Below, piece after piece: positions 24,561 to 33,146 of a DNA stretch of 33,871 bases. The notes beneath the pieces were generated by a model that did no database searches, had not been told where the DNA came from, and saw only the letters and a program-made list of their open reading frames with translations. The position numbers were made by a program, and so were the translations under genes. The DNA comes from a bacterium (GTDB lineage: Bacteria; Bacteroidota; Bacteroidia; NS11-12g; UBA9320): assembly GCA_047639155.1 (NCBI GenBank), contig JBLING010000002.1, forward strand, positions 1 to 33,871, given 5' to 3'. Each line of letters starts with the position of its first letter. Position 1 is the stretch's first letter.

Positions 24561-24926
24561 ATGCCTAAGGATAAAAGGTTGCACGAAAATGATAAATCCG
24601 AATCTTTTTTTGATTTGGTCTACCAGGTAGTGGCCCTAATTCCAGAGGGCAAGGTAACATCATATGGTGCTATTGCAAAATATTTAGGTACCGCTCGCTC
24701 GAGTAGAATGGTCGGTTGGGCGTTAAATGCATTAAACAGTGGACAACATGATTTGCCAGCCCATCGGGTAGTAAATCGCAAAGGTATATTAACAGGTAAG
24801 GCCCATTTTCGCGGTGTCCCTATGGAACAATTATTAAGGGAGGAGGGGGTCGAGATTATCGACAATCAAATTCGAAATCTCGAAACACTATATTGGAACC
24901 CCAATGAAGCGCTTGACATCAGTTAA
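24561..24926 (+). CDS. Alkyltransferase-like (ATL) protein: MGMT/Ogt DNA-binding domain without the acceptor cysteine
   Basis: The protein is 121 aa. IPEGKVTSYGAIAKYLG...ARSSRMVGWAL matches the helix-turn-helix and Arg-finger region of the MGMT fold. The canonical PCHRV site reads PAHRV (LPAHRVVNRKG). Confidence 0.8.
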   Translation: MPKDKRLHENDKSESFFDLVYQVVALIPEGKVTSYGAIAKYLGTARSSRMVGWALNALNSGQHDLPAHRVVNRKGILTGKAHFRGVPMEQLLREEGVEIIDNQIRNLETLYWNPNEALDIS

Positions 24927-24931
24927 GCCAA

Positions 24932-25516
24932 TTACTTCATATCACTTATTAACCGAAAAGATTTTGAAATCTTTTCCAAAATTGGTTGGTACTTTTTTCG
25001 CTTTGTTTGTAATGTCCATGCCAACATCAGATATACATTTTCTTTGCCTTCAAAAAAGGTGTAGTAGTAGGTAATTGGCACATCTATGTCTTCTACCTCT
25101 GCGTCAAATTCGACAATTCTAGCAGGCAAACCATTTATTTTAACAGACTTTTGAATTACCTCGCTTTTGATATCTAAACCTTCAATAATGGTGTTGTACT
25201 GGGCATCAGTGTAATTGTCAATTACACTTAATGAGTCATTATACAAGCCGAGTTCTTGAAATGTTTCCTGAAAATCAAGCAATGGTTCGTCGAGTACTAC
25301 AACATATAATTCCTTGAATAAATTTTGATACTGCAACGCAGCTTCGTCACTCAAATTTGTTGCTTCCGACATGTAATCTGGCAACGCAACTTGATATAAA
25401 TCATTAGAATTCACCAATGTAAAATTGGTGTTTGAAATTCCGGAGGATGCGATTTTGTCACACCCTGCACTAACCAAAACCACACAAATACAAAGGAGGG
25501 CCGTGATACGTGACAT
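24932..25516 (-). CDS. Hypothetical lipoprotein, last gene of the rimP-nusA-infB transcription unit
   Basis: ATG 25516 gives MSRITALLCICVVLVSAGC (lipobox). It lies 9 nt downstream of the infB stop codon. I recognise no family. Confidence 0.6.
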   Translation of the reverse strand: MSRITALLCICVVLVSAGCDKIASSGISNTNFTLVNSNDLYQVALPDYMSEATNLSDEAALQYQNLFKELYVVVLDEPLLDFQETFQELGLYNDSLSVIDNYTDAQYNTIIEGLDIKSEVIQKSVKINGLPARIVEFDAEVEDIDVPITYYYTFFEGKENVYLMLAWTLQTKRKKYQPILEKISKSFRLISDMK

Positions 25517-25525
25517 TTGCGGCAA

Positions 25526-28429
25526 TTACTTTAGTTTACGTTTTACTTCTACCTCAGTGTAACATTCAATGATATCATTAACACGTATATCGTTGTAATT
25601 CTTGATTTGCATACCACATTCAAAACCACGATTTACTTCCTTCACGTCATCTTTAAAACGCTTAAGCGCTGCAAGCATACCAGAGTATACTACGACGCCG
25701 TCACGAATCAATCGAACTTTATTGTCACGTTGTATTTTACCGTCGGTAATCATACACCCTGCAACAGTTCCAACCTTGGTGATTTTAAAGACTTCACGAA
25801 TTTCAGCATTACCAGTAATTTTCTCTTCAAATTCTGGTGCAAGCATGCCTTCCATTGCAGACTTAATTTCTTCAATCGCTTTATAGATTACAGAATACAT
25901 TCTGATGTCTATTTCTTCAGCTTCAGCCAGTTTACGCGCAGACGCTGCTGGTCGTACTTGGAAACCAATTATAATTGCATCAGAAGCAGATGCTAAAAGC
26001 ACATCCGATTCGGTGATTTGTCCAACAGACTTGTGGATTACATTAACCTGAATTTCTTCAGTTGACAGTTTCAATAATGAATCTGCAAGTGCTTCTGCAG
26101 AACCATCCACATCCGCTTTAACGATAACTTTAAGTTCCTTAAAGTTCCCAACTGCCAATCGTCGACCAATCTCATCAAGTGTGATGTGTTTGGTTGTTCG
26201 AATACCTTGTTCACGCTGTAATTGAGCTCTTCTATTTGCAACATCCTTTGCGTCTTGCTCAGATTCAAATACTTGGAATAAATCTCCCGCCGTCGGCGCA
26301 GAAGTAAAACCAAGAATATTTACCGGCGTAGCTGGGTCGGCTTCTTTTACCGGCTTCATACGCTCATTGAACATCGCTCTAACACGACAGAAATGATGAC
26401 CTGCAACAAGTGGGTCTCCAACGCGGAGTGTGCCTTCCTGTACGAGTACAGATGCCAATACCCCTCGACCTTTATCTAAACGCGCCTCCATTACAGAACC
26501 TTTTGCTCTTTTATTTGGATTTGCTTTTAGTTCTAGTAATTCTGCTTCGAGCAATACTTTGTCCAGAAGCTCGTCAATATTGGTGCCTTTTTTGGCTGAT
26601 ATTTCTTGTGCTTGGTATTTACCACCCCATTCTTCAACCAAGATGTTCATGGCTGATAACTCTTCTCTAATTCGATCTGGGTTAGCAACATCCCTATCTA
26701 TTTTGTTGAAAGCGAAAATGATTGGTACATCAGCTGCTTGAGCATGGCTAATTGCTTCTTTTGTTTGCGGCATGACGTTGTCGTCAGCTGCAATTACAAT
26801 AATAGCAATATCCGTAACCTTCGCACCCCTTGCTCTCATTGCAGTAAAGGCTTCGTGACCCGGAGTATCGACGAATGTGATTCGTTTTTTGTTTTTAAGT
26901 TCAACTTCGTATGCGGCAACGTGCTGCGTGATACCACCAGCCTCACCAGCAATTACGTTCGTATTTCGAATGTAATCCAGTAAAGACGTCTTACCGTGAT
27001 CAACGTGACCCATAATCGTTACGATTGGAGCGCGTTCTTCAAGATCTTCCGGGCTATCTACTTCTTCTTCCCCAAACTCCACCTGTTCCTCGGCATCAAT
27101 GAATTCAATATCAAAACCAAATTCGTCAGCTACCATCTTAATGGTTTCTGCGTCTAATCGTTGGTTGATAGATACCATCATTCCCAAAGAGAAATAGGCT
27201 GTTATAATTTCGTTAACTGAAACATCCATTAAAGATGCCATTTCATTTGCCGTAACAAATTCAGTAATCTTTAGAACCTTACTTTCAAGTTCTTGTTTGA
27301 TGATTTCCTCTTCTCGCGTCGATTTATGATCATCACGTTTTTGGCGTCTTAGTTTTTGACGTGAAGGGCCCTTACCCCCTTTATTTCCTCCAAGTTTGGC
27401 AAGTGTAGCCTTAATTTTATCTTGGATTTCTTTTTCTGTGATTTCGTCTTTTGCGACGTCTTTGGTATTTGTTTTAACGTGTCTTCCTTTTCCGAAGTTT
27501 CCAGTTGGTTTAACTGGTCCAGCCTTAATAGTACGCTTGCGTTTTTTACGTTGATTGTCTTCTGGTTTACCACCACTACTCGCAACTTTTTTAGGGGATG
27601 GAGGGTCTGGTAATTTGATTTTACCTTTAATCGTTAGACCACCGAGTTTGGCATATTTTGGTCTGACAACTGTTTCTCCAGCCTCTTCTTTTTTCTCTGC
27701 AACGGGTTCTTTCGTTTTCTCAACTTCTACCGTTGGCTCTTTTTTAACCTCTTCCTTCTTTTCTACAACCGGCTCAGCAACTTCTTCTTTGGGTTTTTCT
27801 GGGGCTGGTGCTTCCTTTTCGGCTTTTGGCTCCTCTTTCGGCTTTTCTTCTATTGGCTTTTCGGATTCTTTTTTATCGTTCTTTTCGGGCTTTTCCAACG
27901 ATATTTTCCCTAGTACTTTAAATCCAGGCAATTCTGTCTTCGTGACAATTGGCTCCTCTTTCACTGGAGTTTCCTTCGCTACTTCAGGTTCAGGTTTAAC
28001 TTCTTCTTTCTTTGCTTCTGGAACTTTAATCTCTGGGGTCTTTTCTTCTGGCGGAACTACAGCTTCAACAACCTCCTCTTTTGCTGGTTCTTCTACAGTA
28101 CTTGGGCGACTTAGACCGGTGTCCTTAATTAAGACGATGTCTTGTGCTTCGTCTTCGGCTTTTTTCTTTTTGTCGCTAGGTTTTTGTGTATGCGCAGTTA
28201 AGGTCTCGTCTTGTCGACGAATATTAATCTCAAGGGCTTGAGATTCTTCTTTTGCTTGTTTGTCTGAACGGTATTTTTGTTCAAGAACATCATACATATC
28301 CTGGCCTATCTTAGCCGTCATTTTCATGTCTACCTCATGTCCATTTTGGTTGAGGTATTCAATCAAGCTTTTCCAGCTAACATTGAGCTCTGCTGCAACT
28401 TTTGAAATTCTGTGCGTTTTTCCAGCCAT
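25526..28429 (-). CDS. infB: Translation initiation factor IF-2
   Basis: The N-terminus is [17 protein letters not shown], followed by a long Lys/Glu/Pro-rich linker. G-domain motifs are [17 protein letters not shown] and NKID. The C-terminal beta-barrel domains complete the IF-2 layout. Confidence 0.97.
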   Translation of the reverse strand: MAGKTHRISKVAAELNVSWKSLIEYLNQNGHEVDMKMTAKIGQDMYDVLEQKYRSDKQAKEESQALEINIRRQDETLTAHTQKPSDKKKKAEDEAQDIVLIKDTGLSRPSTVEEPAKEEVVEAVVPPEEKTPEIKVPEAKKEEVKPEPEVAKETPVKEEPIVTKTELPGFKVLGKISLEKPEKNDKKESEKPIEEKPKEEPKAEKEAPAPEKPKEEVAEPVVEKKEEVKKEPTVEVEKTKEPVAEKKEEAGETVVRPKYAKLGGLTIKGKIKLPDPPSPKKVASSGGKPEDNQRKKRKRTIKAGPVKPTGNFGKGRHVKTNTKDVAKDEITEKEIQDKIKATLAKLGGNKGGKGPSRQKLRRQKRDDHKSTREEEIIKQELESKVLKITEFVTANEMASLMDVSVNEIITAYFSLGMMVSINQRLDAETIKMVADEFGFDIEFIDAEEQVEFGEEEVDSPEDLEERAPIVTIMGHVDHGKTSLLDYIRNTNVIAGEAGGITQHVAAYEVELKNKKRITFVDTPGHEAFTAMRARGAKVTDIAIIVIAADDNVMPQTKEAISHAQAADVPIIFAFNKIDRDVANPDRIREELSAMNILVEEWGGKYQAQEISAKKGTNIDELLDKVLLEAELLELKANPNKRAKGSVMEARLDKGRGVLASVLVQEGTLRVGDPLVAGHHFCRVRAMFNERMKPVKEADPATPVNILGFTSAPTAGDLFQVFESEQDAKDVANRRAQLQREQGIRTTKHITLDEIGRRLAVGNFKELKVIVKADVDGSAEALADSLLKLSTEEIQVNVIHKSVGQITESDVLLASASDAIIIGFQVRPAASARKLAEAEEIDIRMYSVIYKAIEEIKSAMEGMLAPEFEEKITGNAEIREVFKITKVGTVAGCMITDGKIQRDNKVRLIRDGVVVYSGMLAALKRFKDDVKEVNRGFECGMQIKNYNDIRVNDIIECYTEVEVKRKLK

Positions 28430-28564
28430 TAATGTATTACTTTTTAATTACCGAAGAACCGTCTCAAATATCGTGTAGCGAACGCGAACTGACCATATGT
28501 ATGATCCGCGCTACTTCATGATAATTGCCCTGTTCTTCATCTTTATTTTCATTTGTTACTGTGT

Positions 28565-29800
28565 TTACTCAAACTCAGCTTCAAATATTTTCTTAATCTC
28601 GTTAATGGTCTCAATTTCAAGTTCCGTTCTACGAACCAAGTCATCTACACCCATATCTAACACACTTTTGGCGGTGTCTAAACCTATTGCCTTTAACTCG
28701 TCAATTATCCACTCATCAATTTCATCAGTGAATTCATCCAAGTCTACGTCAACGTCATCTTCTTCGATGTTTTCTCTATAAACATCTATGTTGTATCCAA
28801 CCAACCTACCTGCAAGTTTGATGTTAAAACCACCCTTACCAATAGCAAGTGAAACCTGATCACTCGGCAAATATACATCAGCACGTTTTTCTTCTTCATC
28901 CAACACTGTGCTTGATACTTTCGCAGGACTTAATGCCCGTTGAATGTAAAGTTGAGTGTTGGTAGTAAAGTTGATAACGTCAATATTTTCGTTTCTCAAT
29001 TCCCGTACGATTCCGTGTATTCGCGACCCTTTCATTCCTACGCAGGCTCCAACAGGGTCAACTCTATCGTCATAGCTTTCAACAGCTACTTTTGCTCGCT
29101 CACCTGGTTCACGTACTACATTTTTGATGGTTATTAATCCATCTAATATTTCCGGGACTTCCAATTCGAACAAACGCTCCAAGAATATAGGTGCTGTTCG
29201 AGACAAGATAATTCGCGGATTGTTGTTTTGCATTTCTACACGTAAAACAACGGCGCGCACACTGTCTCCTTTTTTGAAGAAGTCACGGCCAATCATATCC
29301 GTTTTTGGAAGAATAAGCTCATTGCCTTCATCATCCAAAACCATCAATTCACGTTTCCAAATTTGGTATACCTCACCGGTAACAATTTCTCCAACGCGGT
29401 CTTTATATTTCTTAAATAACTCGTCTTTCTCTAATTCAAGAATACGAGATAATAAAGTTTGTCGTGCAGCTAAAATTGCTCTACGGCCAAAATCCAATAA
29501 CTTGATTTCTTCAATTGCATCTTCCCCAATTTCATAATCATCTTCAAGCTTCAATGCATCTTCGATGTTTATTTCTTGGTTTTCATCTTCCACCTCATCC
29601 ATGTCCACAATCTTACGGTTTCGGTAAATCTCCAAATCCCCTTGATCGGTGTTTATGATGATGTCAAAATTGGAGTCATCACCATATTTTTTACGAAGCA
29701 TGCTTCGAAAAACATCCTCCATCACAGCCATCATTGTGGCTCTATCAATGTTCTTGAATTCTTTGAATTCCGCGAACGATTCTACTAGTCCTAAAGTCAT
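28565..29800 (-). CDS. nusA: Transcription termination/antitermination factor NusA
   Basis: The domains are an N-terminal RNAP-binding domain, an S1 domain (GEIVTGEVYQIWKRELMVLD) and two KH domains (RIILSRT..., CVGMKGSRIH, AIGKGGFNIKLA). The 411-aa protein has no AR1/AR2 repeats. Confidence 0.95.
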   Translation of the reverse strand: MTLGLVESFAEFKEFKNIDRATMMAVMEDVFRSMLRKKYGDDSNFDIIINTDQGDLEIYRNRKIVDMDEVEDENQEINIEDALKLEDDYEIGEDAIEEIKLLDFGRRAILAARQTLLSRILELEKDELFKKYKDRVGEIVTGEVYQIWKRELMVLDDEGNELILPKTDMIGRDFFKKGDSVRAVVLRVEMQNNNPRIILSRTAPIFLERLFELEVPEILDGLITIKNVVREPGERAKVAVESYDDRVDPVGACVGMKGSRIHGIVRELRNENIDVINFTTNTQLYIQRALSPAKVSSTVLDEEEKRADVYLPSDQVSLAIGKGGFNIKLAGRLVGYNIDVYRENIEEDDVDVDLDEFTDEIDEWIIDELKAIGLDTAKSVLDMGVDDLVRRTELEIETINEIKKIFEAEFE

Positions 29801-29806
29801 ATTCCT

Positions 29807-30274
29807 TTACTTAAAAGATAATACTACAGTTGAAGTTATTATGTCGTTGAAACTGATCTCTACAGGTTCAATTTTTACTTTATTTTTCTTTTGTTTCTTA
29901 TCAAGTACCGGTGCACACATTATGCTTTCGTCCTTTACTTCAATAAGTTTAAATTCAGCTACAGCATCGTTTGTTGTTATTTCAAGCTTTCGCCCAATAT
30001 GCTTTCTGTACTGTCTTCTATTCTTTAGTGGTTCGTCTGCCCCTGGGCTTGAAACCTCTAGTATAAAAGGGTCAGCTTCAAAAGACTCCTCATCTACTAC
30101 TTTCGAAATAGATCTGCTGATTCTCGAGCATTGATCTACAGTAACACCTTCATCACCGTCAATCAACACTTGAATTTTGCGACTTCGATCTCCACCAACA
30201 ATTTCTACAAGGAAAATAGAAGAGTTTTCTACCTCTGCTTCTACCAAAGATTTTATTGTTTCTATCAAAGTCAT
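29807..30274 (-). CDS. rimP: Ribosome maturation factor RimP
   Basis: ATG 30274 (MTLIETIKSLVEAEV...) is preferred over the ORF-track start at 30439. LEVSSPGADEPLKNRRQYRKHIGRKLEI is the RimP signature region. The 155-aa length is typical. Confidence 0.88.
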   Translation of the reverse strand: MTLIETIKSLVEAEVENSSIFLVEIVGGDRSRKIQVLIDGDEGVTVDQCSRISRSISKVVDEESFEADPFILEVSSPGADEPLKNRRQYRKHIGRKLEITTNDAVAEFKLIEVKDESIMCAPVLDKKQKKNKVKIEPVEISFNDIITSTVVLSFK

Positions 30275-30285
30275 ATTATTAGCGT

Positions 30286-30316
30286 AAAAAAAAGAGGGAA
30301 TTTCTATTCCCTCTTT
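30286..30316 (-). terminator. Intrinsic-terminator-type hairpin plus U8 tract in the rimP leader (candidate attenuator)
   Basis: The minus strand reads GAGGGAAT-AGAA-ATTCCCTC (8-bp stem at 30294-30313) followed by TTTTTTTT (30286-30293). Then ACGCTAATAAT leads directly into the rimP ATG. Confidence 0.7.
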
Positions 30317-30336
30317 CCTGTCTCTTACTAACGCTG

Positions 30337-30344
30337 CAAAGATA
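30337..30344 (-). promoter_or_regulatory. Bacteroidota -7 promoter box (TATCTTTG) upstream of the rimP leader hairpin
   Basis: The reverse complement of caaagata matches TAnnTTTG. It sits about 20 nt upstream of the hairpin and about 60 nt upstream of the rimP ATG. Confidence 0.5.
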
Positions 30345-30495
30345 GATATTTTGTTGATTAATGAAAATCTAAAATATTGCGTTTGTTGTAGGTGTTTTTT
30401 GTCCACCCAATGGCACTCTAATATGACATATTTAGCCATCTATGTCTTGATTTTAGTCCTGATTATAAACCTAGAGTTGATGAAGTTTGGACGGT

Positions 30496-31788
30496 TTAGT
30501 TTTTTAAAATGAGTTTCGAGAAGTACATGTTTTCGCTTTTAATCTTGATTTGGTACATGCCTGCTGGCAAATGATGCATATCAACTATGGAGGAAGTTAT
30601 TGGAGCTTTTAGTGCTTGTCCGTAGATATTATACACTGTTATGGTTAGTGGTTTATTCGACGCCCTGACTATGTCAACGTTGATGTAGTTCTTACAAGGA
30701 TTTGGATATACAGAAATGGATGATTGGGGCAGTACTGCGACGGATGTGTTTTGTTTCCCCCATTTTAACTTTAAAACCGACGCTGTAACTTCTTGATTGT
30801 TCGACATACCACCTGCTAAGTAAGCAAGCGAGTCGTTTATTTTAGCTATACCTCTTAAGTCCATGGGAAGTTGCGCATTCGAGTCTTTTTCCCAAACATT
30901 CCCATTCCATGTGTATTGGAAGTTGTGCGGATTAACACCTCCTGTACCGTCATATGCAATGCCGTTGTAATTGTATGTGGTTGCGCTACCTCCGACCCAA
31001 TATGCTTGATTTTTTAATACTATTGGTGCCGCCCGATACGAGGTTATAGAAGGATCTGGAGACGAGAATGACCATGATATTTCATTGGGGTTGTCACGGT
31101 TAATGATGCCTTTCCTTAACCAAGATTGTATTTTAAACCCAGTTGCCGACGAAGCACCGCCAAAATAGAAAATGGTATCCACAATTATTGTCCCTGATGC
31201 ACCAAATGATTTATATGCGTTGTTATTCGGGACGGATGTCCCCGAACTCCAAGTGTCTTTAGCCGGGTTGTAAATTTGAACGTTTGGGATATTCGTGACA
31301 TCACTCCAACCTGTAATAAGGAAAATTAAACTATCACGCCAAACTGCTTGAACATGATCGTCTGTTGCGACAGGAATCGAACTTGCGTCGGTTAAAAATA
31401 GATTTTGTTCGACGTCATAACGATGCACTTTGTTCGAAGACTTCTCATTTCCGTTTGAATATACATGGTAACCGCCTGTTATATAGATTACGTTGCGTAA
31501 CCGTGAAACACCACAAGCAATTTTACCTAAGGTGTCAGGAAGAGGAGCGATAACTTCAGGCACTCCAGTTGACAAGTTAACTCTAAAGCATTTCAAGTGT
31601 ATGCCTGAGGAGCTTTTAGTAGTATCGATTCCGGCAAATGAATACAGGTAAGGAGTTTGGTCAATCCAACCTTCAATTACCGCATTGTTGGAAACTGGTT
31701 CTGGTAATGAACCAATATTTGAAATCGTTAACTGGCCAAAAACGGGTGAAGCTAAAAGATAAAAAATGGTTATCCAGCCAATTTTCAT
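30496..31788 (-). CDS. Kelch-repeat beta-propeller protein with a T9SS type A C-terminal sorting domain
   Basis: It has a signal peptide (MKIGWITIFYLLASPVFGQ) and repeated Kelch-like blades (IYITGGY, IFLITGW, IFYFGGA, AYWVGGS, AYLAGGM). The C-terminus VYPNPCKNYINVDI...LTITVYNIYGQ...LPAGMYQIKIKSEN...KLILKN matches the Por-secretion sorting domain. Confidence 0.85.
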   Translation of the reverse strand: MKIGWITIFYLLASPVFGQLTISNIGSLPEPVSNNAVIEGWIDQTPYLYSFAGIDTTKSSSGIHLKCFRVNLSTGVPEVIAPLPDTLGKIACGVSRLRNVIYITGGYHVYSNGNEKSSNKVHRYDVEQNLFLTDASSIPVATDDHVQAVWRDSLIFLITGWSDVTNIPNVQIYNPAKDTWSSGTSVPNNNAYKSFGASGTIIVDTIFYFGGASSATGFKIQSWLRKGIINRDNPNEISWSFSSPDPSITSYRAAPIVLKNQAYWVGGSATTYNYNGIAYDGTGGVNPHNFQYTWNGNVWEKDSNAQLPMDLRGIAKINDSLAYLAGGMSNNQEVTASVLKLKWGKQNTSVAVLPQSSISVYPNPCKNYINVDIVRASNKPLTITVYNIYGQALKAPITSSIVDMHHLPAGMYQIKIKSENMYFSKLILKN

Positions 31789-32255
31789 CCGTGTTTTTCC
31801 ATATAATAATTCAAGTATTCTTTGTTCTGTTTAATTATCATTTTCTGCATAGACAAACTCCAGCCAAAAAGATGACCAGTTATGCCCAAGGCTTGCTTTG
31901 TCCACTCCCAAAGGTTGAAATAATCAAACTGTTCAACAATGCGATTGTCTTTAAACTTGAAGTCAGATTTGATTTTGTTGTGAATTTGACGCTTTCTCTT
32001 ACCAAAAGCATAATCGGCAGTCCATTTACAGGTTGCCCGATTATTTAAAGCATAAACGTTGTTGATTTCAATTTTAGCGTTTGGATCAATCCTACCCATG
32101 AGCATGCGCCACATATTGAATACGCGGTCACCTTCTAACTCTCCAAAAACAGGATCCGTAAATTTTATTTTTGGGTGATAGCAACTAAGCATTCCTTCAA
32201 CATTGCGATCTTGCATGCATTCGTAGAAGTGGTAAATGGTTTCGGAGTCGGTCAT
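31785..32255 (-). CDS. NTF2-like/SnoaL-like superfamily protein
   Basis: The protein is 156 aa with no signal peptide. The N-terminus IYHFYECMQDRNVEGMLSCYHPKIKFTDPVFGEL is typical of SnoaL/ketosteroid-isomerase-like folds. Its stop overlaps the Kelch gene start (ATGA). Confidence 0.65.
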   Translation of the reverse strand: MTDSETIYHFYECMQDRNVEGMLSCYHPKIKFTDPVFGELEGDRVFNMWRMLMGRIDPNAKIEINNVYALNNRATCKWTADYAFGKRKRQIHNKIKSDFKFKDNRIVEQFDYFNLWEWTKQALGITGHLFGWSLSMQKMIIKQNKEYLNYYMEKHG

Positions 32256-32311
32256 TGTGTTTCTAGTTGATTGTTAATACGTCGGACTAAAAAACGAAAA
32301 TTTTGACAAAT

Positions 32312-32340
32312 AAAAAAGCCTATCACTATGATAGGCTTTT
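32312..32340 (-). terminator. Rho-independent terminator of the cold-shock gene
   Basis: GCCTATCA-CTA-TGATAGGC (32318-32336) is flanked by an A6 run on the plus strand, which is a U6 tract on the minus strand, and a shorter T4 run on the other side. It lies 31 nt downstream of the csp stop codon. Confidence 0.85.
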
Positions 32341-32370
32341 AATTTCAATCAATATCTAAAAGAATTGAGT

Positions 32371-32562
32371 TTAAGCGATTTTTACATTTACTGCATTTAA
32401 CCCTTTTCTACCTTCTTCTACGTCGTAGCTTACTTTGTCACCCTCTGTAATCTCATCGGTTAGACCATTAACGTGGACGAATACGTCCTTACCTCCGTCT
32501 TCCGGAGTGATAAAACCAAATCCTTTGGAATTATTGAAAAATTTTACTGTTCCAGTACTCAT
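32371..32562 (-). CDS. cspA: Cold-shock protein (CspA family)
   Basis: The 63-aa protein reads MSTGTVKFFNNSKGFGFITPEDGGKDVFVHVNGL, which contains the RNP1 (KGFGFI) and RNP2 (VFVHV) motifs. Confidence 0.95.
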   Translation of the reverse strand: MSTGTVKFFNNSKGFGFITPEDGGKDVFVHVNGLTDEITEGDKVSYDVEEGRKGLNAVNVKIA

Positions 32563-32581
32563 TAAATAAATTATTAAGCCG

Positions 32582-32589
32582 CAAAGTTA
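32582..32589 (-). promoter_or_regulatory. Bacteroidota -7 promoter box (TAACTTTG) for csp
   Basis: The reverse complement of caaagtta matches TAnnTTTG, 19 nt upstream of the ATG at 32562. Confidence 0.55.
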
Positions 32590-32693
32590 TGATTAAATAA
32601 TGATATTCAATAGAGTCTGTCGGTTTATTTTGTATTTCTGTAGAGAAATAGCCAGAAATTCATGTTTTTACTGTGTTTACAGCCGATTATATG

Positions 32694-33146
32694 TCAATTT
32701 CGAACTGTCAATAAGTTGCCATTTCTAAAGACATTGTACCGTTTAAGGGCAAATCTACTTGGTCCTTGCAGCACGAAACCGTCAAAACTGTATAAACTCT
32801 GACAACATTGAGCAAACGTATCGTTGTCGTACGTTCCACATCTCAATTGGATATTAGACGTGTCAATTTGTATATGCGCACAGTCTAAATCTGGATTAAA
32901 AGTGCACGTGCGCTCAAGTGCATAATATTCGTCGTCGAAGTTGTGTACTAAAAATATACCTCTATGTCCTCCCTGCAATAATGTATATCCTCCTAAATTC
33001 TGTAAATGATAGTGGAGCGGTAAATCCATGTTTACTGTAATACTCACCGGAACATCTGGAATAAAAACCTGCCCGTTGGTAGGAGTGTTGTCATCGCAAG
33101 AAGATGCAATGATCAACAAAAGAAATATTGGCCACAGTTTATGCAT
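32694..33146 (-). CDS. Hypothetical Cys-rich lipoprotein (possibly a degenerate Rieske-like fold)
   Basis: ATG 33146 gives MHKLWPIFLLLIIASSC (lipobox) and overlaps the hbd stop codon by 8 nt. The C-terminal half (ALERTCTF...DCAHIQ...LRCGTYD...SLYSFDGFVLQGPSRFALKRYNVFRNGNLLTV) resembles the Rieske strand pattern, but the CxH/CxxH ligands are incomplete. The fold assignment is weak. Confidence 0.5.
   Translation of the reverse strand: MHKLWPIFLLLIIASSCDDNTPTNGQVFIPDVPVSITVNMDLPLHYHLQNLGGYTLLQGGHRGIFLVHNFDDEYYALERTCTFNPDLDCAHIQIDTSNIQLRCGTYDNDTFAQCCQSLYSFDGFVLQGPSRFALKRYNVFRNGNLLTVRN

Noticed and set aside
27555-28241. A 228-aa plus-strand ORF, rich in Ser, Phe and Gly, lies antisense to infB.
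   Set aside because: It sits exactly opposite the Lys/Glu/Pro-rich linker of IF-2. The reverse complement of repeated GAA, AAG and AAA codons gives TTC, CTT and TTT with no stops. It is a low-complexity artefact with no independent signals.
28475-28514. A GC-rich stem, GTAGCG(AA)CG / CGCGCTAC, lies in the 135-bp nusA-infB spacer. It could be a processing site or an internal regulatory hairpin.
   Set aside because: It has only 6+2 bp with a bulge and a ~20-nt loop, no U-tract, and no flanking promoter box. This is too weak to call from one sequence alone.
29649-30134. A 161-aa plus-strand ORF spans the nusA start and the rimP 3' end.
   Set aside because: It is antisense to two well-supported conserved genes, shows no recognisable motifs, has hydrophobic low-complexity composition, and has no promoter box upstream.
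30275-30439. The ORF track extends rimP by 55 codons at the N-terminus (MAKYVILECHWVDKK...).
   Set aside because: The extension would run through the promoter box and the terminator hairpin. It does not resemble RimP. The internal ATG at 30274 gives the canonical ~155-aa RimP.
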